Positions 1-13,529 of a DNA stretch of 64,000 bases are shown here, piece after piece; within the stretch, counting starts at the first letter, position 1; every line of letters starts with the position of its first letter. A program made the position numbers and the translations under genes. Below the pieces are notes generated by a model. It did no database searches. It saw nothing but the letters and a program-made list of their open reading frames with translations, and was not told the DNA's origin. The stretch covers positions 54,287,130-54,351,129 of the forward strand of contig NC_092375.1 in NCBI RefSeq assembly GCF_030028105.1, read 5' to 3'. The DNA comes from Mobula birostris. Taxonomy: Eukaryota.

Positions 1-235
1 GAGGACACGGCCTTAGAATAGAAAGTTGTCCATTTGTATAGAGATAAGAAGGAATTCCTTTAGCCAAAGGGTTCTGAATCTGTGGTACTTATTGCCACAG
101 ATGGCTGTGGAAGCAAAGTCATTGGGTATATTTAAAACAGAGGTTGATAGGTTCTTGATTAGTAAAGGAAGAAGACAGGAGAATGGAATTGAGAGTGAAA
201 ATGAATCAGTCATGATGGAGTGGCAAAGCAGACTC
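1..235 (+). mobile_element. CR1 LINE 3' end fragment
   Basis: Same 3' tail as many other copies in the window (GAGGTTGATAGGTTCTTGATTAGTAAAGG...AATCAGTCATGATGGAGTGGCAAAGCAGACTC). Confidence 0.8.
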
Positions 236-274
236 TCTTTGAGCCTGTCTTATTTTGCCTCACCTAATTTGACT

Positions 275-845
275 TGAGGTTCCTTACGTTTGCTACAGCC
301 AGGGGAAGATGTAGTGGCGATGAGCTCCCACTAACTATTAAAATAACCCAGTGGTATGCTTCTCAAATAGCCTCTGACAACCAAATCTATCTCCTGGCCT
401 TCACATGTGGTTTAGCTTCAAAGGCCAGCAGAACTATTTCTACTGACAGGAGAAGAGGCAAAGGTGCCTTAAAACCAGTTACTCCGGGCAGATGGCTCTC
501 ATCAGCTAGGATTGGCAGCTTATCTAGTAGAAAGAAAACTCTGATCTCAAACCTCCACTGTCTTGTGCCTATAACCACTCATGGGGAAAGCGTCAGGAAT
601 AAACCCTGAGGAAAATTTAACAGCTGGAATCCCCAAGACAGCCCTACGTTGAGTTCAATGTTGACTGGCAACTCCTGTCAACACCATTGGAGCCAAACTG
701 TATTGATCTCTGCTGTTCCCTTTGGATTCATGGGCAACAGTTCGCTCTCCATATCGTACTGCCCGGGCTTGTGTATACAGCTAGGACACAACATCCATGG
801 TTGACCCCAACCAACAGAAGACTTGAGTTTGACTTGATTTCACTC
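275..845 (+). repeat. Interspersed non-coding repeat (family not resolved); an inverted copy lies at 3826-4235
   Basis: Shares blocks GATCTCAAACCTC and GTTCAATGTTGACTGGCAACTCCTG with the reverse complement of 3826-4235, roughly 70-75% identical by eye. Confidence 0.7.
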
Positions 846-1101
846 TTTTTCACTTCCTTGTATTGTTTCACTATCTGAATTTTCACTAGCTAAGAATATC
901 ACTGTTGGTCCAAATGTACCCCAAGGTCTCTCTTGGACCTTGCCACATCAATAATTCGACTTCCAGTGAGTTGTTACACAAGCACTTTTCAACTGAAATA
1001 TGATGGGAAAAGAACCTGTCAAAAATGTGCTAAAAAATGTCTCCCTTTAGCAGTCGGCATTAAATTTGTGATTCTGTGAAAACAAAAAGGAATTTCCTTA
1101 C

Positions 1102-1222
1102 CTTTTTTTAGCTTCTTGTGTTCTTATTCCAGTGGAAACACAACATTAAAAAATTATAGAAATTGCCAGTGGTCCTAAAATAATCCAAAAATAACGTTCT
1201 GTTCTAAATTCTGATGCATGTG
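1102..1222 (-). CDS. CD200-like: CD200/OX-2-like gene, exon 4 (membrane anchor); in-frame TAA at 1148-1146
   Basis: Acceptor ttctttttttgcttttcag| and donor AG|gtaagg. In the phase-1 frame it reads (A)HASEFRTERYFWIILGPLAISIIF*CCVSTGIRTQEAKK. The other two frames stop early and show no hydrophobic segment. Confidence 0.7.
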
Positions 1223-2289
1223 CTGAAAAGCAAAAAAAGAAGTATTAAATAATTGAAAATAGCAGATTAACCTTTTCATTTTCAATTGCAGAACAAATTT
1301 AAGTCCGGAAGATTGTGAAATGTCATTCTTTTTCTGAAACATACAGAGCATATTTGTTTCCTCTGACTTATTTTCCTGGCATTTTGAAGCGTCTCAAAGG
1401 AATTTCAAGGGAATTGCAGCCAGTTTTATGTTGAAATTTGCAGCTCTCTGTTGAAATTGGAATGAATTAGTCTAATGGAGGGGAGGATGTTTAACTAGCA
1501 CCATTAGGGGAAAAGAGGACAAGTTCAGAAGGGATGATGTGAACAGCACAGAATGGAACTGGCAGGAGATATGGAATCAGAGGCAAGTGAAGAGGGGAGA
1601 AAGATGTAGGGGGATTTGGAAATTCAAGAGTTGAGTTTCAAAACTAGAGGCAGTTGAAATTAATGGGTCAGGTCATCTATCCATCTGTGATACTGAATCA
1701 GTTTTTCTCTCTCAGTACAATCTGATCTGTTGAGTATATTCTGCAGCCCTTCAGTTTTTGACATTTACATTCCGTTGTCTGTGATTCGCTCTCTTTACTG
1801 CCGTCATTTCATGATTTTTATGAGAAAAGGACCATGTTATTTCTCTCCCTAAAGTTTCCATTAACTCATCAACTTGATTATGTTGTTTCCAGTTGATCAA
1901 TAGGGCAACTTTGGCATCATCCTTACAGAGATATAATCTTTGTCAGAACCAGAATCAGATTTATTGTCAGTGACACAAGTTGTAAAATTAGTTGTCCTAT
2001 CCAATAAGCCCTCCCCTACCCCATCCCATAATTTAATATATATATTTTCTCTCCCTTGCAGTTCTGACTTTAAGGTCTGTGACCTGAAACATTAAATATG
2101 TTTCTTTTTCTCCCCCCCAAATACTGTGTGGCCTTCTGCTCCCAATGGCTGCTTGGCCTCTTGCTCCAACTGTCAGAGTCGCTGCTTCCCACACTGGCCT
2201 CATTTGTCACCCTGGAATCCACAAAGCTGAAGCAGAAGCCAGTTGTCCTTGATGCTGAGGTGTGACCAAAGAAGAACATGAATATTGGA

Positions 2290-3650
2290 AAAAAAAGTAG
2301 GAAAACATGAACCTGCAGACAGCTTAGCCTAACATTAGTCATGAAGAAAATGATAGATACTATTAAAAAGAAATGGATATCATTACACTTCGAAAATATC
2401 AATGGGATTACACACAGACAACACAGATTTTTGGAAGGAAAGTTATGTTTGACAAACCCACTGGAGGTTTTGAGGATGTAGCTGTTAGGATTGATAAGGG
2501 GAAAATCAATGGGTGTGATTCACCTGGTCCTTAGAAAACCTTTAATAAGTACTGGGAACAATGTATTGGCACAAATTAGTAAACAGAAAATAGAACAGGA
2601 ATAAATAGATGGACAGCAAATAAAATGGTGAATGCTGTAATCCAAAACAAAAATAGAAATGTTGGAAGTACGCAGCCAGTCAAACAAAATCTGTAGAAAG
2701 AGACGCCAGTTAATGTTTCAAATCAAGGATCCTTCCTCATAATAAGTGGGACTTCTGAGTGCCAGGTGCCATGTATATTCACATATTGGGTGAGGAACCA
2801 AACATAATATTTCAACGTATGCTGGTGACACTGAACCACATTGATGGGAGGATGCAAAGAGGCTTCAAGGCAGCTGAAGTTGATGGAGTGAGTGGACAGT
2901 ATCTTACTAGGTGTGGTATAATATGGATAAATGTTTTCCATTCAGCAAGAAAACAGAAAGACATGTTAAATGGTTTTAGATTGGGAAGTGTTGAGGTAGA
3001 AAGAAACTTGGGTATCCTTGTACACCAATTACAGAAGGTATCAACTAAATGCAGCAAGTATTTAAGAATGCAAAGTAGTTTAGCCTTGAAAGCAAGAGGA
3101 TAGAGTACAGGAACAAGGATGCCCTGATACAATTCTACAAGACCTTGTTGAAACTGCATTTAGGACCTTGTCTACAGTTTTGGGTCTCCTTAACTAAGAA
3201 ACAATACACTTGCCATAGAGGGAGTGCAGTGAAGGTTAACGTAGGGACTGCTGTAATGAGGAGATATTAGGTTAACTATGTTTGTATCCATGGTAGTACA
3301 GAAGAATAAGAAGAAACCTAATTGAAATGCTGACAAGGCAAGATAGATGGCAAGCAAGAATGTGTTCCTTGGCTGTGGGTTGTGAGGAGTTCCAGTCTCA
3401 GGATAAGGGCTGAGGCACTTGAAACTGAGATGAGGAAAAATTTCTTCACTCAGAAGATGATGAACCTGTGGAATTCACCAGCATGAAGGGCTATACAGGA
3501 AAGGTCATAAATATATTTTAGAAGTAGTGAAAGAAAATTCTTAATGCTAAAGGCATTAAAGGTATTGGGAGAGAGCAGGAATCTGATATTAAGATAATGA
3601 TTAGCTGTGTTTCTATGGAATGGTGGAGAAGCCACAGAAAGGCTGAATGA
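2290..3650 (+). mobile_element. Decayed CR1 LINE (RT region and 3' end)
   Basis: Degenerate SLTxV / GKLCLTN / VDKG motifs, then the typical CR1 C-terminal RT and 3' tail; many stops. Confidence 0.75.
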
Positions 3651-3825
3651 TCTACTACTCTTAATTTACTGGACCCTGTGCATTTGTCATAATTGAGATG
3701 CCTGAAATATAACTTTTCTGCAAGATCTTTCAAAGATTATAGAGGCTGATGCCTAAAGTTTGCAAATGCCCAGGGCAGCTCGGTTATTCTTCAAGATAAA
3801 TTTCGATTTCCTTTACTGATGTGAG

Positions 3826-4235
3826 GGTCTCCGCTGGTTGGGAATGACTATGGATGTTGCATCCTAGCTATCAACATAGTTGATATGCAAGCCAGGATAG
3901 CACGATATGGAGAACAAGCTGTTGTTCATGCAGTAGGCCCCCTCTCTCCATGCAGCTGATGAACTTACAGGAATGGCAGAGACTAATACGGCTTGATAAC
4001 AGGAACAGCATTGCAGGAGTTGCCAGTCGACATTGAACACAGCACAGGGTTGCATTAGAGATCCCAGCTCCAGAATTTTTCTTGGAGCTATTCCCGAAGG
4101 CTTCCCCAACAGTTGTTATAGCTGGAAGGCAGCAGAGGTTTGAGATCAGAGTTTCCCTTCTCCCAGATAAGCTGTCAAGCACAGCTGATAAGTCCCATCT
4201 GCCCTGGTACTGATGAAAGTGATACAAAGTGTTGC
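3826..4235 (-). repeat. Inverted copy of the repeat at 275-845
   Basis: Reverse complement aligns to about 500-800. Confidence 0.7.
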
Positions 4236-5439
4236 CTTTATCGGACAGCTTCCAAAGCCTCAGACAGCAACAGTGACATTTTGATAGTTAAGGAAGCTTC
4301 TTGGAGAAAAAACATAATAATGACCATGTAGTTAGTTGAGATTAATTTTTGTGTCTACTGTTAAATAACAAAATGACACTTCCACCTAGAACCTCTAAGA
4401 AGATTGCTGCTTGACACATCTGCTCTTCATGGAATACTTTTAAAACCAATAATTCAGCCGAAGAACATGTCATACTTTTCAGATTGCTCGGGGAGACAAG
4501 CTCTATGATTGCCATATGATTTTGGGGTTCCAAGCAGCAGAAACAAGATACTGCAGATGCTCTGAATCTAAAATGAGGTTAAATGTTGATGCAGATCCTC
4601 AGCAGGTCAGGTAGCAAAGACAAAAAATCAGAGTTTCAGTTTTAGTCTAAGGAGCTTACACTAGAATAAGACAAAAAATGACTCTTCCATTTCTTCAGTC
4701 GATTCTGTCTTTCATCCCTTCTTCAGATCTTCAGCTTCTTCTTTGAGACCTTGAATAGTCCATCCTCAACAAAGGCCTCAGCTTCAACCACACATTTCTA
4801 TATTACAATCATTTCAAGCTCAAAATGATACCAAGAACTTCTTCCACTGCCTACACTTCCAGGTGAAGTTCCCTTTATTCAGGAGACTTCAACCAGAGCA
4901 TCGAACTATGGGAACATGGGAACATCAGTAGCCTCCCAAGCTTTTCTGGCATTTAAAGGGATGGCCATGCTTATCCATTGACCTATAACTTCAAATAAAC
5001 TTGGTTACCAAAAATCTACCAAACTCAGTTTTAAAAATAACAAAATACCAAAGAACACGTGATTTTTATAAAATGATATCACAAGCTTCTTCAACTCTTT
5101 GCCTATGCACGCATTTCCTAACTTCACTTCTGACAGGACCCCTAATTGTTTAGACCATGCCACATGTCCAAGACTTCCCATTTAGTCAAAAAGCTGCACT
5201 CCATTTTCCCCGTTATTAACTTGGAAGATTTGATCAAATCATAGCTTAACTTTCTAAGTTTTACAAACGATAGATAACACAACATATTTGTGTAATTTCT
5301 AGTGAATTTCTTGTTCATGTATGATTTTGGCAAATTTATAGTGCATTCTACCAAAGGTCAATACATTATTTTCAAGGTGTGGCACCCAGAATTGCTCACA
5401 CTACCTCTGTACTAATCCAATTAGGGATTTCCATAGCTT

Positions 5440-7760
5440 AGTCATAGAGTCACAGAGCACTAAAGCACAGAAACAGGCCATTTGGCCCATCAATCCTGTG
5501 CCAAACTGTCATTCTGCCTAGTTCCAATGACCTGCACCTGGACCATAGACCTCCATACCCCTCCCACTCATATGCTTATCCAAACTACTTTTAAATGTTG
5601 AAATCCACTACTTCAGCTAGAAGTTTCACACACACACACACTCTCTCTCTACACCCTCTGAGTGAAGAATTTTTCCCTCATGGCTCCTTAAATATTTCAC
5701 CTTTCACCCTTAACATATAACCTACTTCCAGGCTTGCTTATCTTCAGTGGAAAAAAGCCTGCTTGCAGTTACCATATCTATAAATCTCATAATTTTGTAT
5801 ATTCTTTCAAATCTTCCTTCATTCTCCTACAGTCCCGGGAATAAAGTATGGTACTAAACTATTCAACCTCTACAGGTAACTCAGATCAGTAAGTCGCAGC
5901 AGCATCCTCGTAATATGTTTTTTCGTACTCTTTCAATCTTATTAAAATCTTTCCTGGAGGTAGGTGACCTAAACTTCACACAGTACTCCAAATTTGGCCT
6001 CACCAACATCTCATGCAACTTCAGCATAACATACCAACTCCTGTATTCAATACTTTCATTTATTAAAGCCAACATGCCAGAAGCTCTCTTTACGACCCTA
6101 TTTACATGTGACACTACTTAATGCATTAATTTCATCTGCCATTTTTAGCCCATTTTTTTCCAGCTTTTATACATCCCACTGTAGGCTTTGATAACCTTCT
6201 TTGCTGTCCGCTATGCTCACATTCTTAATGTTATCCACAAATTTGCTGATCCAGTTTGCCACTTTATCATCCAGATCACTTAGTTGACAAAGAACAATGG
6301 ACCCAGCATTAATCTCTGGCACACGACCAGTAACAGAAAGGCTACCATCTACCCTGGCGTCTTCTGCAAAGTTAAGCTTGAATCCAATTTACTACTTCAT
6401 CCTGAAAGGAGGGATTTTTTCAGCCAGAGTGGTGAGTCTGTAGGTTGAGGTCAACTCATGGGTATATTTAAAGCAGAAGTTGATAGATTCCTGACTGGTC
6501 AGGGCATCAAGGGATATGGTGAGAGGGCAGGTGTATGGCGTTGAATGGGATCTGGGATCAGCCATGCTGAAATGCCGGTGTAGACTCGATGGGCTGAATG
6601 GCCTAATTCTACTCTCGTGTCTAATGGTCTTATGGTCTAATGCCAAGCAACTGATACTTCTGGACCAGACTTTGTCAAAGGCCCTGGCTATCCAAATACT
6701 TACACATATATCCATTCCCTTACAATACCTTCCTATAATTCACCCACTATTCAGGTCAGGCTCATTAGCCTATAATTTCCAGGCTTATTCCAAGAGCCTT
6801 TCTTGAACAATGAAAGAACATTAGCTATCCTCCAGCCCTCCAGACCTCCAGCCCCTCACCTGTGGCTAAGGATGCTTTAACTATCTCTGGCTGGGCCTCT
6901 GCAATTTCTGCACTGGCCTCCCATATAGACCAAGAGGACGCCTTATCAGGCCCTGGGAATTACCTACCATAATTTTCCCTCAAGACAGCAAGCACGTCCT
7001 TCTCTGTAATTCAGATACAGTCTATGAATTCAGTAATGTTTTGCCTCAGTTCTATAGTCTCTGCATCCATCTCCCAAGAAAATAAATAATCAAAAATTCT
7101 ATTTAAAATCTAACACACTCTCCATCTCTTTTGTATAAATTACCACACTGATCTCATGTGGACTAATTTGGTCCATTGCTATCCTTTTGATCTTAATATA
7201 ATCTGTAGAAGCCCTTGGGATTCTCCTTCACATTGTTTGCCAGAGCAAGCTAATGCCTTCTTTTAGCCCTCCTCATTTTCCTTTTAAGTGTTCTCTTGCA
7301 TTCATTATACTCTTCAAGCATCTCATTTGTTCCTTGCTGCCTATACTTGCTGTGCTAAAACTTCTTCTTCTTCTTAACCAGGGCCTCAATATCCTTTGAA
7401 ACCAAGGTTCCCTAAACCCGTTAGACTTGCCTTTCATTCTTACAAGGAACATACAAACTCTGCACTCCCAGTATTTCACTTTTGAAGGTCCCCCATTTAC
7501 CAAAGATCCCTTTGCCAGAAAACAACCTAACCCAATCCACACTTGCTAGATCCTTTCTGATGGCATCAAAATTGGCTTTTCTCCATTTAAAATCTCAAAC
7601 CAAGGGCTAGTCCTATCCTTCTATGTGATTATCTTCAAACTAATATAATTATGATCACCAGATCCAAAGTGTTCGCCTATACATATTTCAGTCACCTGCC
7701 CTGACTCTTCTCTAATAAGAGATCCTGTACCACACTCTCTCCAATTGGAATCTCTATAGA
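5440..7760 (-). mobile_element. Decayed CR1 LINE, interrupted by an opposite-strand CR1 tail at 6388-6640
   Basis: ORFs 5881-6114 (LVRPNLEYCVKF) and 6392-6715 (ARAFDKV), plus CR1 ORF2 remnants out to 7760. Confidence 0.75.
6388..6640 (+). mobile_element. CR1 3' tail insertion
   Basis: GGGTATATTTAAAGCAGAAGTTGATAG...GGCCTAATTCTACTCTCGTGTCTAATGGTCTTATGGTCT. Confidence 0.75.
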
Positions 7761-7764
7761 TTGA

Positions 7765-9920
7765 TTAAGACCATAAGGCCATGAAAGATAGGAACAGAAT
7801 TAGGCTATTCGGTCCATTGAGTCTGCTCCACCATTCCATCATTGCTGATTTATTATCCTTCCCAATCCTGTTCTCCTGCCTTCTACCTGTAACCTTTGAC
7901 GACCTTACTACTCAAGAACCTATCAATCTCCACTTTAAATATATCAAACGACTTGGCCTCCACAGCCGTCTGTAGCAATGAATTCCACAGATTCACCACC
8001 TTCTGGCAAAAGCATTTCCTCCTCATAGTTGTTGTAAAGGGACATCCCTCTATTTTGAGGCTGTGCCCTCTGGGCCTAGACTCCCGCACAAGAGAACATC
8101 CACTCGTTCAAAGACTTAAAATATTCAGTAGGTTTCAATGAGGGAGCCCCTCATTCTTCTAAACTCCAGTGAATACTGGCCTAGAGCCATCAAACTCTGC
8201 TCATATATTAATTCTTTCATTCCTGGGATCATTTTTGTGAATATTTTCTGGACCCTCTCCAATGCCAGCACATCTTTTCTTAGACAAGGGGCCCAAAACT
8301 GCACACAATGCTCCAAGTGCAGTCTGACCAATGCCTTATAAAGCCTTAGCATTACATCCTTGAGTTTATATTGCAGTCCTCCCGAAATGAATGCTGACAA
8401 TGCATTTGCCTTCCTTACCACCGACTCAACTTGCAAGTTAATCTTTAGGGAACACTGCATGAGTTCTCCCAAGTCCCTTTGAACCTCTGAATTCTGAACT
8501 TGCTCCCCATTTGGAAAATAGTCCACACTTTTATTCCTTCTACCAAAGTGCATGACTATATTCTTTCCTACACTGTATCAATCCTCCACTTCATTGCCAA
8601 TTCTCCTAATCCTTCCAAGTCCTTCTGCTGACTCCCTGCTTCCTCAGCAGTACCTATCCCTCCACCTATCTTTGTATCGTCCGCAAACTTAGCCAGCAAA
8701 ACATCAATTTCAATCTCCAAATCATTGACATATCAAGTGAAAAGCTATCCCAACACAGACCCCTGTGGAACACTGCTAGTCCCAGGCAGTCAACACATAT
8801 AGGCACCCTTTATTCTGACTCTGCCTTCAATCAGTCTTCTATCTTTCCTACAATGCCATGGGCTCCTATCTTGTTCAGCAGCCTTGTCAAAGGCCTCCTG
8901 AAAATCCAAGTAAACAACATCCACTGACTCTCCTTCGCCTATCCTGGCTGTTATTTCCTCAAAGAATCCCAGCAGGTTTGTCAGGCAAGATTTCCCCTTA
9001 AGGAAACCATGCTGACATTCACCATATTCCTCCAAGTACTCCAGGTAACTCCTTAATAATGGATTCCAACATATTTACAACCACTAATGTAGGGCTAACT
9101 GGTCTATAATTTCCTTTTTTATGCCTTCCTCCCTTCTTAAAGAGTAGAGAGACACTTGTGATTTTCTAGTCCTCCAGAAACATTCTAGAATCTAACCATT
9201 CTTGAAAGGTCATTAAAAATGCCACCACAATCTCTTCAGGTACCATTTTCAGAACCCTGGGGTGTAGTCTGTCTGGTCAAGCTGTCTCACCTACTTTCAA
9301 ACGTTTCAGCTTCTCCTCAGTAAGAGCAACCATACTGACATCTGCCCTCTGATGCTCTCAAATTGTTGGCGTACTGCTGGTGTTTTCCACAGTGAACAAA
9401 ATACTTTTTAAGTTCATCTGCAATTTTTTCTCCCCCATGACTACATCTCAGGAATCTTTTTCCAGCAGTCTGATATTCATTCTTGCCTCTCTTTTACTCT
9501 TTACATATGTGAAAAAAATCTTGTGGTATCCTTTTTTATATTTTTTTGGGCAGCTTACCTTAATATATTAACTTTTCTCTCCTTATAGTTGCCTTCAGTT
9601 GGTGTTTAAAACCTTCCCAATTCTCTAACTTCCCACTGAGCTTTGCTGTATTATAAGCCCTCTCTTTTGCTCTTATGCTGTCATCCACTTCCCTTGACAG
9701 CCTCATCCTCCCTTTAGAATACTTCTTCTTCTTTGAGATGTATTGATTCTGTGACTTCTGAATTGCTTCCAGAAACTCCACCCATTGCTGTTCTGCTGTC
9801 ACCTCTGCTAGCGTCACTTTCCAATCAGCTTTGGCAAGCTCCTCTCTCATGCCTCCGTAATTCTCTTTACTCCACTGTAATACTGATACATCTGATTTTA
9901 ACTTCTCACTCTCAAACTGG
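7765..9920 (-). mobile_element. Decayed CR1 LINE ORF2 (RT) with 3' end at 7765
   Basis: ORFs 8790-9035 (QHGFLKGKSCLTNLLGFFEEIT..VDVVYLDFQEAFDK), 8125-8553 (MHFGRRNK...LVRLHLEHCVQFW) and 9560-10090. Confidence 0.9.
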
Positions 9921-10139
9921 TAGTACAGGATTTTTATCTGAGGTATGGAGGATTCAAATGTGAGATCTATTTGCTGCAGTTTTGGTAAATTTTCAAATTG
10001 TAAATACCATTTTTGTAATTTTATGGTTCCATCTACACATATCTGCATTTTTAAATTGTATATGTGGCTTTTTAATCCCATAAACTTCATTATTAATAAA
10101 CCACAGTGAATACTTTATGGGTCATTATTAACCATCGTC

Positions 10140-11460
10140 TGCCTTTAGACAACCTGTCTACCAGAGTCATTGTCAGAGTTGTACAGAATAGAAACAGGCC
10201 CTTCAGTCTACCACAATGTATTCTCACCATCATGTCTATTTATAGTCATTCCATTTGCCTGCATGAATTCCATATCTCTCTCTCCCTGGCTCATTTAAGT
10301 ACCTGTCAAGATGTCTCATATATATATTTCATCACCTCCTCTGACAGATCATTCCATTTACCAACTATTCTGGGTGTGAAAAATGGCCTCCTCAGATCTC
10401 TTTTAAACCTCCTCTTGGTCACCTTAAATCTACGCTTCTGATTTTAGTCATTTCCACCACAGGAAACAGACATTGCTATCTATGCTATTTATGCCTCTCA
10501 TAATTCTACATACCTCTAATCATGTCTCCTCCCAGCTTGCTACAGTCTAGGGGAAACAGACCCAGTGTATCCAATTCCTTCTGCTAACTCAAGTTCTCCA
10601 CTCCAGGCAACATAATTGTGAATCTTTTCTGCAGCCTCTGTTTTAATCGTATCTTTCCTGTAGCACGCTGACCAGAACCGCGCATAATATTCCAAGTGCA
10701 GACTAAGCAAACTGTTGTACAACTGACACCTGAAGTGCCAACATCCCTATTCAGTGCCTCAGCCAATGAATCTAAGCATGCCATATGCCTTTTTCACTAC
10801 CCTGTCTACTTGTATTCCCATTTTCAGGGAACTATGTCCACCATCTGCACAATCTCTGTGTCCAAGTTAAATTCCATCTGCCATTCCCTTTCTCAGTTGA
10901 TCTCTATCCTGTTGTAGTTTCACCTTCTTCAGTATCAATGACTCCACCATTTTTTTACGCCATCTACAAACTTACTCAATCACGCTACCTACATTCGCAT
11001 CCAAATCATTATGTGACAAACAACAGAGGATCCAGCAATGATCCCTGCAGCACACTACAGATCACAGGCCTCCCATCTGGAAAAGCAACCCTACACTATC
11101 ACTCTCTGCTTCCTCATCTATTGAAACTTCTCACTCTGAATCCATGTGTTCTAACCTTCTGTCACAGTCTACCATGTGGAAGACTTTGCTACAATGTCCA
11201 TGCAGAAAACATCTACTGCTGTGCTCACGTGTCTCTTGGTTACATCTTCAATAAAAAACTATTTAATTTGTGAGATGTGATTCTGCTAATCAGTCCTCAT
11301 CCTTCCAAATGCTAATAAACTCTTCCTCTGAAAATCCCTTCCAATAACTTTCCCACCACTTATGCAAGACTCACTTGCCTGCAGTTTGCTGAAGTAACCC
11401 TGCTGCTCTTCTTAAATAAAGGCACAATATTAACTATCCTCCCGTGCCACAGCTATGGCT
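10140..11460 (-). mobile_element. Decayed CR1 LINE
   Basis: HLEYYARFWSACYRKD motif (10540-10722) and a CR1-type tail near 10140-10200. Confidence 0.7.
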
Positions 11461-11975
11461 GACAAAGATACCAAGATCAGGGTCCTGGTGAGTGGGTAGG
11501 AAGTGGGAAACTCAAAGTCTTTGCAGGAGGGGTTGGAAGGTGGAATTGTAGGGAGCTTGGCAAGTATTAACTGATGAGCTAGAGACTAAACCTGTGTGAT
11601 TTCAGAATTGTCAAATTGTTGACTTTTGGAGCACTTCTCTAGGCACGTAATTCTCCATTAACTTCAGTGAAATGAATTTTAGAAACTTTAAAGTATTTTA
11701 GAAGTTTTAAAGTATAACTCCAATAATCCTCAGTTTTGTTTGTTTAAATGATACAGACTGGGATGAATTACTACCTCTGACCTTTTTGCAAATTTACTAT
11801 AGGTAATTAATTTGCCCAGGTCTTTGACTGAAATGAAAACTCATTTTCTCCCTCCATATTTATTACCCTATCTGCTAAGTGTTTTCAGTATTGTTCAAAA
11901 ATCTAATAATTCATTGATAGAAATGTTGTCCATGTCTTTGTTTCATTTTTCTGCTCATTAATGTATTATACTTAC

Positions 11976-12305
11976 CAGTTACAGTGAGGCAGGTCTTGCC
12001 AGAGCTTGAATCAATATCAGACGTATTAAAGAGACATTGATAACATCCTTCATCTTCAAGCTTTATTCCAGATAGTTCTATTGTGTACACTGACTCATTT
12101 GTTGATATAAAAGAAGCTCTTTTATCACGTTTCTCAAATGTATTGAGTTTTACATTAAATTTGATGATATTTTCCTCAGATTGACCTCTTAGCTTTTTCC
12201 ATATAACCTGTTGAATATTTTCTAATTGTGTTGTACAGCTGAAGTTAACGTTTGCACTTATAACTGCTGTCTTATTCTCTTGAGCCTCTTCATGTGGATT
12301 TTTTG
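11976..12305 (-). CDS. CD200-like: CD200/OX-2-like gene, exon 3 (second IgV domain; not in ORF track)
   Basis: Acceptor ttccatttcacag| and donor G|gtaagt; 330 nt, phase 1/1, no stops. Reads (A)KNPHEEAQENKTAVISANVNFSCTTQLENIQQVIWKKLRGQSEENIIKFNVKLNTFEKRDKRASFISTNESVYTIELSGIKLEDEGCYQCLFNTSDIDSSSGKTCLTVT, with the IgV C..W..EDEGCYxC core. Confidence 0.92.
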
Positions 12306-13529
12306 CTGTGAAATGGAAACAGAATACAGTTAAAATTTCCCGTCAAGACCTTGAAGTTTTCAAATTGGTATGAATGATTTTACCACAGTTTGGTAAAATG
12401 ATTCTCATCAGCTTTGTTCCACTCCAAAGCCCAAAGCACAAACCCTGGACTTGTACTTCCGTGCTGATTTGAAGGAGCAGCACTGTATTGGAAGTGTACT
12501 TTTCAACTGAGTTGGTAAATTGAGACCCTGACTGCTCCTCTGATACAAAGCTCTTTACAATGGACAGGGCAAGTTTTCTCCTGACCCTGGCCAATAGTGA
12601 TTGCAAATCATTTATTATTAATGACATTATTAAACTAATCCTTAAATAGTTCACACCTCAATCTGTAGTAAGTTTTCATAGGCAACAACACTTGAACTGG
12701 AAAACTAGAAGAATCTGTTGCTGGACAGCACCAAAAATACTTTTTTATTTACCTGAATATCATGTCAGAAGATGCAAGACAGCTGATCTTTATCTCAGTT
12801 ATCATATTGGTTTCTATAGCATTTCCTCTGGATGAAAAAGCACATAACTATGTATTTGGTTCCCAGTCACTACCCCATTATCTATCTCTGGTGCTTTTAA
12901 TAGCAATGCCTTATTTCTGGAGCATTATGAATACAACCTTTTCATGTTTCATAACAAGAGTGCCAGAAATTACTCATCCGAACTCTTGAACTCCCCTTGT
13001 TACTCATTATTTTAAGTCTAAAAGATAAAGAGCAATATTTGTGATATTCTTTATGGGGATAAAATAGCTACAGTTTGGTAAGACATTGTTAGTGAGCTAC
13101 TAGGAAACTACATGCATAAAAGTTGATCCCCAGTTGCTACAGGTCATTCATGTTTTTATAGATGTCCATAAGTTGATTTTGTCCATGATGGAAAATAAAC
13201 AACAAAATAAAACTCACTTGGTATCATAACCAATGGTAACCATACCTCCACAGTACTACAAGGAGTGGCATCAAAAGCACACACGACTGATAAAGAAAGA
13301 ACAGTTTTAAAAAGTGGAGTGAGAAGAAACTAATTCTGCTGTTTGTAAGTATGTACATTGAATTTTTGAATTTGAATTTTGTGAGCATGCCTGTATGTAG
13401 GGGTGTTCATAAGTTGAAAGTTCTTAACCCAGGAATATCCTACACTACTAAATACATTATTACATTAACTATGTGATAGTCTGCCTTGAAATCCATTCCA
13501 ATGATATCAATGGATTACAGCACAGAAAC

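Noticed and set aside
860-1016. Candidate terminal exon(s) after the anchor exon (acceptors at 1016 or 993)
   Set aside because: Two plausible acceptors give different outcomes, both lie downstream of the in-frame TAA, and they cannot be chosen between without transcript data.
2070-2402. Hydrophobic ORF (VHVFLLFFPIFMFFFG) as an alternative TM exon
   Set aside because: It is partly antisense to a CR1 RT remnant, and the apparent acceptor is phase 0, incompatible with the phase-1 V exons.
12762-12989. 75-aa hydrophobic ORF on the plus strand
   Set aside because: AT-rich intron sequence antisense to the gene, with no recognisable motif or splice support.
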